DNA of 64,000 nucleotides from an uncultured Sutterella sp. (GTDB lineage Bacteria; Pseudomonadota; Gammaproteobacteria; Burkholderiales; Burkholderiaceae_F): NCBI GenBank assembly GCA_905213905.1, contig CAJMKD010000007.1, positions 4,388 to 68,387 of the forward strand, read 5' to 3'. Shown piece by piece: positions 20,637 to 30,593 of this stretch (position 1 is its first letter; each line of letters starts with the position of its first letter). The notes under the pieces were generated by a model. It saw only the letters and a program-made list of their open reading frames with translations, ran no database searches and was not told where the DNA came from. The position numbers and the translations under genes were made by a program.

Positions 20637-20848
20637 CAGCAGATATTGCCGCTCACAGTCAAGCGGTTCCGTTTAATGCATGAACGGCCTGCATTGTACC
20701 TCGTGAATGCCGCTTGCTACGTCAGGTAAAAACGTCGTTTTTTCTGCAGGCTTGCTGCCTCGTGAAAAGCAGCCGCGGCGCGCAAAAGCGCGGCATTGGC
20801 GCCAGGAAGCCGGATTGCAGGGCTTCCGAGCTAGAAGAAAGACTTTGC

Positions 20849-20860
20849 ATGTGCGCACAT
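20849..20860. promoter_or_regulatory. Perfect 12-bp palindrome ATGTGCGCACAT in the hlyD/RND promoter region
   Basis: Located about 100 nt upstream of the HlyD start, in the divergent intergenic region shared with the LuxR-type regulator; operator-like. Confidence 0.3.
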
Positions 20861-20962
20861 CGCCTTATTTAAAAGGTGCAAAATAAGCATAGGAACGCGC
20901 GCGGAAGCCTTCTGCGCCGCCCATTTTCGCGGTCATGCGCTTCAAATGGCCTCAAGGAATCT

Positions 20963-22216
20963 ATGTTGAAAAAGCGAATGGAAGGGCACTCGCCCGCACC
21001 GGTAAAGACGCTTGCGGCTCGCACGAGCGGCGCGATGCTGCGGGAAAGCCGCAGAGCGGTTCTCTACGGCTTTTCAGCTTGCGCGGCAGCGCTTTTTCTG
21101 CCGGCGCTTGCCGGCTGCAGCGATGACCTCCCTGCGCAAAAGGCCTCCATGGTGCTTGCGGCTGCGCCGCGGGACGCGAAGCCCGCTGCCGTTGAAACCG
21201 TCCCCGCACTCTCGTCATTTCTCGCCGCCTATGAGGTCGCCGGGACGGTTGCCGCTGATGAGCGCGTCGAAGTCGCTTCGAGAATTCCGGCCTTCATTCG
21301 GGAAGTCGCCGTGAAGGAGGGCGACGCCGTCAAAAAGGGCGACATTCTTGTGCGCCTTGACGACGCGGATGTCGAATCTGCGGTTCGTGCCGCAGAAGCC
21401 AAGGCGGCAGCAGCGCGCGCGGCGAGCCGCGATGCGCAGATCGACGCCGAGAAGTATGCACGGCTCTTTAAAGACGGCTTTATTTCGGATCTTGACCTCA
21501 GAAAGATCAATCTGAAGCGGGACGCAGCGAAAAGCGACGCCGAAAGCGCCGAGTCGCTCCTCGCGGAAGCGAAGAGCCAGCGGCAGTACGTTCTGCTTCG
21601 CTCGCCGATCGACGGGCGCGTCGCCAAGCGGCTTCGGCGGTCGGGCGATGTGGCCGCGCCCCTTTTTCCGATTCTTGTCATCGAAAGCGAGCGCGCGCCC
21701 CGCTTTGAAATCCACGTGCCTGAAAGCCGGGCGGCTTCGATTCGTCCGGGCGAGCGCGCGAGCGTCGTCATTTCCGAGCGCGCCCCTGTCGGCGCTGCGG
21801 TGGAGCTCGTCGGCACGAGCGCAGACGCTGTGACGCGGACCTTCCTCGTTCGCTTTGTCCTCGATGCGGGCGCTCAAGCTTCGCCCGGCGAATTCGGCCG
21901 AGCGCGGTTTGAAGCGCTCCCGACGGATCGGCCAGCCGTGCCGAAGCGCGCGCTTGCCGTGCGCGGCGGCGTGACTGGCGCTTTCGTCGTGCGTGAAGGG
22001 CGTGCGGCCTTCACGTGGCTCCGTCTTGGGCGCGAGACGCTCGCGCAGTGTTCGAAGGGTGCGGCAGCCGAGCCTGTTCTTGAGGTGCTCGCAGGCCTTC
22101 GCGGCGATGAACTTTTGGTTGATCGTCCGAACGACAGGCTTGCCGACGGTGATCCGGTCACGATCACGTCGCCTCGATCGGCGGAAAAGATGCAGAACGC
22201 CGAAGCGATGAAATAA
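20963..22216 (+). CDS. RND efflux periplasmic adaptor (HlyD/MFP family)
   Basis: Start at MLKKRMEGH (ATG 20963); lipoyl/beta-barrel MFP motifs, coiled-coil hairpin; immediately upstream of the RND permease. Confidence 0.85.
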   Translation: MLKKRMEGHSPAPVKTLAARTSGAMLRESRRAVLYGFSACAAALFLPALAGCSDDLPAQKASMVLAAAPRDAKPAAVETVPALSSFLAAYEVAGTVAADERVEVASRIPAFIREVAVKEGDAVKKGDILVRLDDADVESAVRAAEAKAAAARAASRDAQIDAEKYARLFKDGFISDLDLRKINLKRDAAKSDAESAESLLAEAKSQRQYVLLRSPIDGRVAKRLRRSGDVAAPLFPILVIESERAPRFEIHVPESRAASIRPGERASVVISERAPVGAAVELVGTSADAVTRTFLVRFVLDAGAQASPGEFGRARFEALPTDRPAVPKRALAVRGGVTGAFVVREGRAAFTWLRLGRETLAQCSKGAAAEPVLEVLAGLRGDELLVDRPNDRLADGDPVTITSPRSAEKMQNAEAMK

Positions 22217-22229
22217 AGGGGCCGCGATC

Positions 22230-25200
22230 ATGCGCAAGCACAATCTCACCGGACGGCTCACGGCGCTTTTCATCGATTCGAAGCTCACGCTTGTTTTGAT
22301 TCTTGCCGCGCTGATTTTCGGCCTTTACGCCGTTCTCACGACGCCGCGCGAAGAAAATCCGCAGATCTCCATGCCGGCGGCGGTCGTGCAGACGCTTCTG
22401 CCGGGAGCTTCGCCCGAAGAGGTTGAAGAGAAGCTCGTCCGTCCGCTTGAAGCGCTCATCAATCAGATTCCAGGGGTTGACCACGTAACTGCAATCGCCG
22501 CAGATTCCGCTGCGGTGCTCACCGTGCAGTTCGAGGTCGGCGAAGAAAAGGAACCCTCGCTCGTGAAGCTCGCCGAACGGCTGCTTGGCGGGCGCAGCGC
22601 GCTTCCCGCTGAGGCGCGCGGACCATTTATTCGGTCCGCGGACGCCGACGATGTGCCGATCCTTGCGCTTTCGCTCATATCGGACGAATACGACGACGCG
22701 GCGCTCAAGGCGCTGGGGCTGCGCATGCTCGATGAGCTTCAGAGCCTCGAAGGCATTTCGAGCACGTCGGTTGTGGGCGGCCGCTCGAACGAGTACCGCA
22801 TTCGCATTGATCCGAAGCGGCTCCAGAATTACGGCCTCTCTTTTGACGACGTGAAGAATGCCGTCCTCGCTTCAAATGTTGCGGGGCCGATCGGCCGCTA
22901 TGTCGAGCCGGCCCTCGACGCGGGCGGCCGCGCACTCGAAGCGCGCGTGCGCGTTGAGGATTTCATCGCATCGAAGAGCGACCTCGAAGCGCTTGTTGTT
23001 TCAGCGGCGCCGGGCCGGACCGTGCACCTCTCGGACGTTGCGGACATCGAGGCCGGCCCGGATCCGGACCCCGACCACCTCAGCCGCTTCGGCTTCGGAC
23101 AGGCGGCCGAGCAGTATGCGGCGCACCCCGAGGAGTATGTCTCCGTTACGCTTGCCGTCGCGAAAAAGAAAGGCGCCAATGCTGTTTCGGTTGCCGATCA
23201 AGTGATCGAGCGCGTCGAGCGCATGAAGGCGAGCTTCATTCCGAAGTCGGTCGATGTCGTCGTGACGCGCAACGACGGCGAAAAGGCGAACGATGCCGTC
23301 AATGTGCTGATCGGCCACCTCGGCATCGCCGTTGCGGCGGTTGTGGGCGTCACCTGGGCGTTCCTGGGCGTGCGCCCCGCGCTCATTGTTGCCGTCACCG
23401 TCCCGCTCATTCTGGCGATTACGCTCGGCATGGTGAATCTCGCGGGACTCACGATCAACCGCCTCACGCTCTACGGGCTCATCATTGCGCTCGGACTCCT
23501 CGTCGACGACTCGATCGTCGTCATCGAAAACATTGTGCGCCACTATCGGCTCGGGCCGATCGCGGACCGCACCGAGCGCCTGCGCCGCACGGTCGACGCG
23601 CCCGACGAGATCGGGAACGCCACGCTCCTTGCGACGATTGCCGTGATGCTCGTTTTTGCGTCGCTTATTCCTTCGCTCTCCGGAATGCCCAAGCAGTACT
23701 TCTTCCCGGTGGGCTTCAGCGTGCCTGTGGCGCTCGCGGCGTCCTTCTTCGTGGCCTACGTGGTGGCGCCCTGGGCGGCTGTGCGCTGGATTCCGGATCC
23801 GCCTGCGAAGCAGACAACGGACGAGAAGGCGCAGAAGGAAAAAGATGGAACGCCGGGCGGCGCCATCGGGCGCTTCTACTGCCGTTTTGCGCGTCCGCTC
23901 ATCGGGCACCCGAAGCGTGAAGCGCTTTTCCTGCTTCTCATCGTGGTGCTTCTTGCGCTCTCGAGCCTCATGCCCTTCTGGCAGCTCATCCGGCCGGCCG
24001 GACCGGGCGGCCCAGTGCCCGCCTTCGGCGTTGAAATGGGCTTTCTCCCGAAGGACAACAAGAATACCTTCAACGTCACGATCCGCATGCCCGAGGGCAC
24101 GCCCGTCGAGACGACGGACCGCGCCGTGCGCGACGTGGCTGAGCTTGTGCGCGCCATTCCGGAAGTCGTCGATTACCAGAGCTGGTCGGGGCTTTCCGGC
24201 GTTGCAGACTTCAACAGCATGATTCGCGGGGATCCTGAATCGGGAAGCAACATCGGCGCTGTTCGCGTGAACCTCCTTAAAAAGGACACCGGCCGACGCT
24301 CGTCGATTCTGCTCACGCGGGAGCTCCGCATTGCTTTGAAGCCCATTGCTGCGCGCTATCCGGGCGCTGATATTCAAGTGGTCGAAGATCCGCCGGGGCC
24401 GCCGCTCAAGGCGAGCATCCTTGCGGAAATCTACATGCATGACCAGGCTGATCTTGAAAAAACGGCGCTCGCCGTTCGCAAGGCCTTTGAAGAAACCTAC
24501 GACATGATGGAGACGGCCGATTCCGTCGAATCGGATGTGCCCCTCTACAGGCTTTCGGTCGACCGCGAAAAGGCGATTCTTGCGGGCGTCGTTCCCGCGA
24601 AGGCTGCCGAGGCCCTGAAGCGCCTCATTGAAGGCGAGGTCGTGGGCTATGCGCATGCGCCGGGCGAGCGCGAGACGCAGCCTATTCGCATCGACATTCC
24701 GAACGAATACGCCTTTGATCCGAAGCGGCTCGATGAAACTTTCGTCCCGGGCGCGCTCGGGCGCAGCGTTGCGCTCTCTTCGATCGTCCGCGTCGAGCGC
24801 GGGACGGTCGAGCACATGATCGTTCACAAGGACGGCGTCCGCATGGCTTGGGTTGGCGGCGAACTTGGAAAGACGACCCCGACCTATGCCGTGCTGGATC
24901 TGCAGCAGCGCCTCGACGGCATGACGCTTCCTTCGGGCGGAACGCTCGCCTGCGGGAACCTTTCCTTCACCGATGAGCGGCCCGACCTCACAAAGGCCGA
25001 CGGCGTCCTGCTCTGGCAGGGCGAAAACCGCATGATGCTCGATTCCTATCGGGACCTCGTCAAGGCGCTCGGGCTTTCGATCGGTTCGATCTTCCTCATT
25101 CTTGTGGCGTACTACCGCTCCTTCGGGCTCGCACTCATTGCGCTTTCGGCCGTGCCGCTCGCCTTCATCGGACTCTTCCCCGGCCACTGGCTTTTCGGCG

Positions 25201-25553
25201 CGCAGTTTTCCGCTTCGTCTCTCATCGGCGTCGTGGCGCTCGCGGGCGTTGTCGTGAGAAATTCGCTTCTCATCATCGACTTTGTGCGCGACTACCTCAA
25301 AGCGGGGCTTTCGCTCGAAGATGCTGCGATCGATGCGGGCGCCGTGCGTCTGCGGCCGATTCTGCTCACGACGCTCGCGATCATTCTGGGCTCCGTCGTG
25401 ATGATCACGGACCCGGTCTTCTGCGGGCTCGCCATTTCCTTCATTTTCGGCACGGCCGCGTCGACCGTCTTCACGATCTTCCTGATTCCGATCCTTCTGA
25501 GCTTCTATTACAAGCGCTGGCCGTACGATCGGTCGGTAGAGGCGCCGATCTGA
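22230..25553 (+). CDS. RND multidrug efflux permease (AcrB/HAE1 family)
   Basis: 1107 aa; 12-TM RND architecture with two large periplasmic loops; no outer-membrane factor gene adjacent. Confidence 0.9.
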   Translation: MRKHNLTGRLTALFIDSKLTLVLILAALIFGLYAVLTTPREENPQISMPAAVVQTLLPGASPEEVEEKLVRPLEALINQIPGVDHVTAIAADSAAVLTVQFEVGEEKEPSLVKLAERLLGGRSALPAEARGPFIRSADADDVPILALSLISDEYDDAALKALGLRMLDELQSLEGISSTSVVGGRSNEYRIRIDPKRLQNYGLSFDDVKNAVLASNVAGPIGRYVEPALDAGGRALEARVRVEDFIASKSDLEALVVSAAPGRTVHLSDVADIEAGPDPDPDHLSRFGFGQAAEQYAAHPEEYVSVTLAVAKKKGANAVSVADQVIERVERMKASFIPKSVDVVVTRNDGEKANDAVNVLIGHLGIAVAAVVGVTWAFLGVRPALIVAVTVPLILAITLGMVNLAGLTINRLTLYGLIIALGLLVDDSIVVIENIVRHYRLGPIADRTERLRRTVDAPDEIGNATLLATIAVMLVFASLIPSLSGMPKQYFFPVGFSVPVALAASFFVAYVVAPWAAVRWIPDPPAKQTTDEKAQKEKDGTPGGAIGRFYCRFARPLIGHPKREALFLLLIVVLLALSSLMPFWQLIRPAGPGGPVPAFGVEMGFLPKDNKNTFNVTIRMPEGTPVETTDRAVRDVAELVRAIPEVVDYQSWSGLSGVADFNSMIRGDPESGSNIGAVRVNLLKKDTGRRSSILLTRELRIALKPIAARYPGADIQVVEDPPGPPLKASILAEIYMHDQADLEKTALAVRKAFEETYDMMETADSVESDVPLYRLSVDREKAILAGVVPAKAAEALKRLIEGEVVGYAHAPGERETQPIRIDIPNEYAFDPKRLDETFVPGALGRSVALSSIVRVERGTVEHMIVHKDGVRMAWVGGELGKTTPTYAVLDLQQRLDGMTLPSGGTLACGNLSFTDERPDLTKADGVLLWQGENRMMLDSYRDLVKALGLSIGSIFLILVAYYRSFGLALIALSAVPLAFIGLFPGHWLFGAQFSASSLIGVVALAGVVVRNSLLIIDFVRDYLKAGLSLEDAAIDAGAVRLRPILLTTLAIILGSVVMITDPVFCGLAISFIFGTAASTVFTIFLIPILLSFYYKRWPYDRSVEAPI

Positions 25554-25769
25554 GGATGGAAGAGAGGTGACATGATGGATTCGGACGATTCGACGGCAAT
25601 TAGTCTAGGGGATCTTCCGAATCCGTTGACGGTTGTTGTCGAATTCCAACGAGGCGAAACGTTAAGCCGCGTGTGCGGCCTTGACATGGCGCCCTCGTGT
25701 TGAATTCCCTAGATGAAGGGCTAGATTCGATTTATAATTTAGTAAACTGAATATTTTATAGGGCAAATA

Positions 25770-25778
25770 CCCCCCCCC
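25770..25778 (+). repeat. Homopolymeric poly-C tract (C9) in an AT-rich promoter region upstream of the autotransporter gene
   Basis: ggcaaataCCCCCCCCCgtacag, about 110 nt upstream of ATG 25888, embedded in a locally AT-rich segment (tttataatttagtaaactgaatattttat) inside a about 68% GC genome. Confidence 0.6.
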
Positions 25779-25887
25779 GTACAGCCCCCTCTACGATGAC
25801 TCCGTGGCCCTGCGGCAAATCACTGCGCGCAGGGTCGCGCCGTCTGCGCGAAGCAGGCGGACAGGAAATATTTCTTGGAGTTTATCG

Positions 25888-28800
25888 ATGAACAAGAATT
25901 TCAAGGCCACGAAGACCGTCCTGGCAGTCGCTGTTGCGTCTCTGATGGCCGGCGGCGTATTTGCGGCGGATGATACCGCTACAGATACCGTTGTAGATGC
26001 CGATAAAAGCGTTTCAATCTCGTTCCAGGGCAAGGCGCCGGCTTCGGCTGATGCCGTGCAGGGTGAGTTTGTCAAGATCGAAAGCAACACGGCTACTGTC
26101 AAGGACCACACAGGTGCTTTTGGTGCAACGGCTTCCGCCAACTTCACTCTCACGCGTGATGACAACAAGTTCACGGTTGCCAATGGCTCGCTTTCCGGCT
26201 TTACGGGCAAAGTGAATGAAACGACGGACACCAACCACGGGCTTCTCTTTACCGTCGGCAATGACGAAACGCTCGCACTGACGGGCATGTCGATTTCCGA
26301 CAACGAAGCCTCCGATGCCCGCGGCATGATTCGTGTCAACGGCGGAATGCTGACGGTTGAAGATAGCTCGTTCACCGGCAATGCAGGTGTTCTTGGCGGC
26401 GCGCTCAACTTGGTTAAGGCCGAAGAAGGAACCAAGATCAGCAACACGACTTTCAGCGGCAATGAGGCTGGGTCTCATGGCGGCGCAGCCTACGTGACTG
26501 GCGGCACTGTTGTTTTCGAGAACGTCTCATTCTCCGGCAATAAGGCTGGATTGCAGGGCGGCGCGCTTGAAATCGTCGGCGGCGAAGATGTTCCGACGAC
26601 CGTCACGTTGAAGGATGTCACCTTCTCTGGCAACAGCTCCACTATGCCCCAGGGGGCTGATAAGACGAACGGCTTCAGCGGCGGCGCCGTGATGGTGAAT
26701 TCCGCGAAAACGAAGCTGACAGGTGAAAATGTTGTCTTCACCGGGAACAAGGCAGAAACGTCCAACGGCGGTGCACTTGCAGTGGCTAACGGCGGCGAAG
26801 CTTCCATCGTCGGCGGCTCCTTCTCGGGGAACTCAGCTGCTACGGGCGGTGCTGTTGGGCTTTGGAATGGCACTGCTACCTTCACCGATGTCGATTTCCG
26901 CAACAACACGGCAACGGGTTGGGGCGGTGCAGTCCGTGCCGACAATAGCAGCACGGTAACGTTTGCGGCTGTAGAAAAAGATGTCGTTATCGCCGGCAAT
27001 ACGGCTGGCGATGCTGACACCGATACCGGCAAGAAGTATGGCTATACGGGCGGGTTCCTCCATCTGCAGGCTGGTTCTGATGCTACGTTCAATGTAGCCG
27101 AAGACCGCACGATGACGATCGGCACTTCGGCGTCGGCAAAGAACGTCGATACGATTACGTCGGTTGAAAATACTTCGACGATCAATAAAACCGCCGACGG
27201 CAAGCTTGTCATCAACTCTTCGACCGAAGCATTCGCCGGCACCTTTAATGTTCAAGGCGGCTCTGTTGAGCTTGCCACCGGCATCGGCGAATTCAGCATT
27301 CTCAATATTGCCAAGGGATCTGAGCAGGATTCTGAAGCTACATCTTCCACTTTCAATGTAGAAAGCGGAGCATCTGCCTCCATTGGAAAGGTGACGGCAA
27401 CGAAATATGCCGTGACCTATGACGTCGCGACTGGTGCGGACCTGACAATCAATGCGATCTCGCTTCAGAAAGACAACAAACTGAAGCTCACCAATGCTGG
27501 TGAACTGTACCTCGGCGACATTACTGTCGCTCAAGATGCTGCGTTTGCAGATTCCGCAATCTCGAATACCGGGACCATCTACACTTCGTACAAGAATCTT
27601 GTAACGCTTGGCGAAGAAGCCGATTGGTCTGACGCCATCCTCACTGCGTTCGGTGAAGCGTATGGCAATGCGCAGAAGGGTTCGCTGTATGAGACAGATT
27701 TTGCCGGCAGATACACGCTTGATCAGCTTCAAAAGGCGGAGTCTGCCTTCGGCAATTTCTCTTTCTCAAATGTGAATGCCACGGCTTATAAGATCGTTGA
27801 CGGCAAAGAAGTCAACGTGACGCTCGATGAGGCCAAGGGGCACAACCTCGGTCATACGGTTGTTGATCAGACCGGCGGGACGATTGCAAATGTTGTTGGC
27901 GACTATACGGCTGTCGGTGCGGTCAACTTCGTGCAGGAGAATGCCGATACGCCGATTGAAGCGGTCACCATCAGCAATACACAGTTGGCTTTGACGGGCG
28001 AATCTGCTTCCGGAAAAGTCTTCAAGGGCTATGAAGGTCAGATCGATTTCTCCGGATCAATTATTCAGTTCGGCAGCGAGCAGGTTGATGTCACTGTCAG
28101 CAACGACTTGACCCTTTCGGGGAATACGGATGTGACGCTTGTCGGCAATACCAAGCTGACCGGCGAAGTGGTCGCTGATGCTAAGGAAGACTCTATTACC
28201 GTTCAGGGTAACGCGACGATTCATGCCATCACCGGCGGCACGGTGACGGTCGATGACGGCATCCTTTTCGTTGAAGACTTTGTGATGCCTGAAACGAACG
28301 GTCTTTCCACTTTGGCTAATGGCGCCGGCCAGTCTCAGCCGATTCAGCCCATTACCCCGCAGGTAGCGGCAGCTCCTATTACGACCGATTACCTTGTTAA
28401 AGATGGGACGGATCTTTCTTTGTTTGCGCCGAATAATCAAACGGCTGTCAATGCGCTGACGGAAGCGTACAACCGGCTTGGCGAAGGCTACGAAACCGGC
28501 TTGTACCTCGGCAAGGCTATCGTGCTTGGCGGCGCAGGGATCTCGGTTGGCGGAACGACGGTGAGCGACGGCCAGTTCAACGTTGCAGCCAATTGTTTTG
28601 TGGTGATGGATCTCAATGCCATCGCTCGGACTGGCTACAACCCCGAAGGTCCGCTCGCAATTGTGAACGCGTCGAGCTCGACTCTATCGACTGGTGCACA
28701 AGTCGTTTTGACGGGGCTTAACAATAAAGTTCTCGAGAAAAACGGCGATGGCAATTACGTTCTTCATTCTGGCCTGACGGGGTTGGGGGCTAGCAACCTG

Positions 28801-29952
28801 TCTCTTGGCACGCACTTCTATACAAAGGATGCGAATCAGTTTGTAAACGGCGACTACACGTTTATTGCCAATCAGGCCCTGCTGGATGAATATCAGGACT
28901 TCAATCTCTACTACGTTCTTGAAAACGCCGTTAAGGAAGTCACGCCGGGTCAGAATGCCATGGTTGATGCCATTTTCTATGGTGATCTGAACAATGAAGA
29001 TTGGAATGGCGGACTGCGTGATCGTGTAATTGACGAGCTCAACATCGCGACCAACATGGCCGTCGCCTCCGGCGCTTTCTCGACCGCTGTCGACATCAAC
29101 AACGAAGTCTGGAAGGCTCTTGACCGCCGCATGACGCTCGCGAACCTCAATGCGCCGCGTGCTGCTTACGGCGTTACGCCGTGGGTCGATGTGATCGGCA
29201 CGACGAACGAAGCCAAGGACATCTTCGGCGGTGCAGGCTACGAAGCCGATCTCTACGGTGCCGTGCTCGGCGCCGACTGGACGGCTCCGTGCGGCGCCAT
29301 CGTTGGTCTCGCGTTCTCTGTCGGACAGGCGGACGGGAACTCCGTCGACCTCGGCACGAAGGTGGACAACGACGCCGACTTCTACGGCATCAGCCTCTAC
29401 GGTTCGCATCAGATCGGCAGCTTCAACGGCAAGATCGACATCGGCTACGTCTCGGTCTCGAACGACCTCTCGACCCACACGATGCTCGGCAAGTTCGACG
29501 AATCGCTTGACGCCGACATCTTCACGATGGGCCTCGGCGCCGAGTACCTCGTCAAGGCCGGTTCGCTCAATGTTGTTCCGCACGCTGGCATCCGCTGGTC
29601 GCGCATCGACATGGACGACAGCAAGTACGGCGCTGACTACGACGCGATGAACCTCTTCCAGATGCCGATGGGCGTGACGTTCTCCGGCACGTTCGACATG
29701 ACGGGCTGGAAGGTTGCCCCGATGCTCGACCTCTCGGTGGTTCCTGCCTTTGGCGACAAGGACGCCGTGGCGACCTACACGGGCGGTATCAAGGACACGA
29801 CCCGCGTTGTCGACACCAATCCGATCCAGATGACCTTGGGCGTCAACGCTCAGGTTGATGCCTGGACCTTCGGCGTCAACTACGGCCTCACGGCTGGCGG
29901 CGATGAACGACTCAATAACTCGTTCAACCTCAATGCCCGCTACACGTTCTAA
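25888..29952 (+). CDS. Autotransporter outer-membrane protein with chlamydial Pmp-type (GGA[ILV] / FxxN) repeat passenger
   Basis: Start at MNKNFKATKTVLAVAVASLMAGGVFA (signal peptide). Passenger has reiterated FTGNAG / FSGNEA / FSGNKA / FSGNSS / FTGNKA / FSGNSA / FRNNTA with GGALNL / GGAAYV / GGALEI / GGAVMV / GGALAV / GGAVGL / GGAVRA motifs (POMP repeat). C-terminal about 300 aa is a beta-barrel translocator ending in aromatic ...NARYTF. Confidence 0.85.
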   Translation: MNKNFKATKTVLAVAVASLMAGGVFAADDTATDTVVDADKSVSISFQGKAPASADAVQGEFVKIESNTATVKDHTGAFGATASANFTLTRDDNKFTVANGSLSGFTGKVNETTDTNHGLLFTVGNDETLALTGMSISDNEASDARGMIRVNGGMLTVEDSSFTGNAGVLGGALNLVKAEEGTKISNTTFSGNEAGSHGGAAYVTGGTVVFENVSFSGNKAGLQGGALEIVGGEDVPTTVTLKDVTFSGNSSTMPQGADKTNGFSGGAVMVNSAKTKLTGENVVFTGNKAETSNGGALAVANGGEASIVGGSFSGNSAATGGAVGLWNGTATFTDVDFRNNTATGWGGAVRADNSSTVTFAAVEKDVVIAGNTAGDADTDTGKKYGYTGGFLHLQAGSDATFNVAEDRTMTIGTSASAKNVDTITSVENTSTINKTADGKLVINSSTEAFAGTFNVQGGSVELATGIGEFSILNIAKGSEQDSEATSSTFNVESGASASIGKVTATKYAVTYDVATGADLTINAISLQKDNKLKLTNAGELYLGDITVAQDAAFADSAISNTGTIYTSYKNLVTLGEEADWSDAILTAFGEAYGNAQKGSLYETDFAGRYTLDQLQKAESAFGNFSFSNVNATAYKIVDGKEVNVTLDEAKGHNLGHTVVDQTGGTIANVVGDYTAVGAVNFVQENADTPIEAVTISNTQLALTGESASGKVFKGYEGQIDFSGSIIQFGSEQVDVTVSNDLTLSGNTDVTLVGNTKLTGEVVADAKEDSITVQGNATIHAITGGTVTVDDGILFVEDFVMPETNGLSTLANGAGQSQPIQPITPQVAAAPITTDYLVKDGTDLSLFAPNNQTAVNALTEAYNRLGEGYETGLYLGKAIVLGGAGISVGGTTVSDGQFNVAANCFVVMDLNAIARTGYNPEGPLAIVNASSSTLSTGAQVVLTGLNNKVLEKNGDGNYVLHSGLTGLGASNLSLGTHFYTKDANQFVNGDYTFIANQALLDEYQDFNLYYVLENAVKEVTPGQNAMVDAIFYGDLNNEDWNGGLRDRVIDELNIATNMAVASGAFSTAVDINNEVWKALDRRMTLANLNAPRAAYGVTPWVDVIGTTNEAKDIFGGAGYEADLYGAVLGADWTAPCGAIVGLAFSVGQADGNSVDLGTKVDNDADFYGISLYGSHQIGSFNGKIDIGYVSVSNDLSTHTMLGKFDESLDADIFTMGLGAEYLVKAGSLNVVPHAGIRWSRIDMDDSKYGADYDAMNLFQMPMGVTFSGTFDMTGWKVAPMLDLSVVPAFGDKDAVATYTGGIKDTTRVVDTNPIQMTLGVNAQVDAWTFGVNYGLTAGGDERLNNSFNLNARYTF

Positions 29953-30084
29953 CCCGTTCTGACGAGACGCCTTCGGGCGTCTCGAACGGACGACAAGAAC
30001 GTCGTAATCCAAAAGCACCCGTTCTCCGTTTCGATGACGGGGAGCGGGTGTTTTGTTTTCGGATTTTCCAAAGAGGTGCCGTAA

Positions 30085-30468
30085 ATGAAGGAACTCTATG
30101 GATTCGGCTCGACCGATGGGCCGCGTGAGAAGCCCGTTGTGGCGCGCGTTCGGCCGACAGGCGCGGCCTCCGACAAGAAGCGGCGCCAGGCGCTTGAGCT
30201 CTTTGAGCGAGGGTTCGGCTACAAGGCGGTTGCCGACATGCTGACGCTTTCAGTCAACACCGTTCGCGACTGGTCCCGGCTGCATAAGCAGGGCCGTTTT
30301 TCGCCGAACATGAGCCGCAATCAGTACCGCTATACGGCAGAGACGAAGCAACTCGCGCTCGGGCTGCGCGAGCGGGGCTATTCCTGGCGGGAGATCGAGG
30401 CCGAGACGGGCGTCAATGCATCAACCTGCCGAGCCTGGGTTCGGGCGACTGCGGCGAAGGATCTCTGA
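30085..30468 (+). CDS. Small double-HTH DNA-binding protein (transposase N-terminal / terminase-gpP-like), probable mobile-element remnant
   Basis: 127 aa with two HTH-like segments (GFGYKAVADMLTLSVNTVRDW; GYSWREIEAETGVNASTCRAW); no transposase catalytic domain follows; adjacent AT-rich repeat island. Confidence 0.45.
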   Translation: MKELYGFGSTDGPREKPVVARVRPTGAASDKKRRQALELFERGFGYKAVADMLTLSVNTVRDWSRLHKQGRFSPNMSRNQYRYTAETKQLALGLRERGYSWREIEAETGVNASTCRAWVRATAAKDL

Positions 30469-30507
30469 CGCATGAAGCATGGCGACGGCGCGTTTAAAGC
30501 GAATAGT

Positions 30508-30593
30508 TATCATAAATTTATGATAAAAGTATGATAAATCTCGGCTCAGCGCCGGCCAAGTATCATAAATGTATGATACTTGTATGACAAATA
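30508..30593. repeat. AT-rich tandem repeat of two about 33-bp units, each containing the palindrome TATCATAAAT(T/G)TATGATA plus a third TATGA(T/C)A half-site
   Basis: Unit 1 at 30508-30539 (tatcataaatttatgataaaagtatgataaat); unit 2 at 30561-30593 (tatcataaatgtatgatacttgtatgacaaat); separated by a GC-rich 21-bp spacer; about 30% GC against a about 68% background. Confidence 0.6.
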
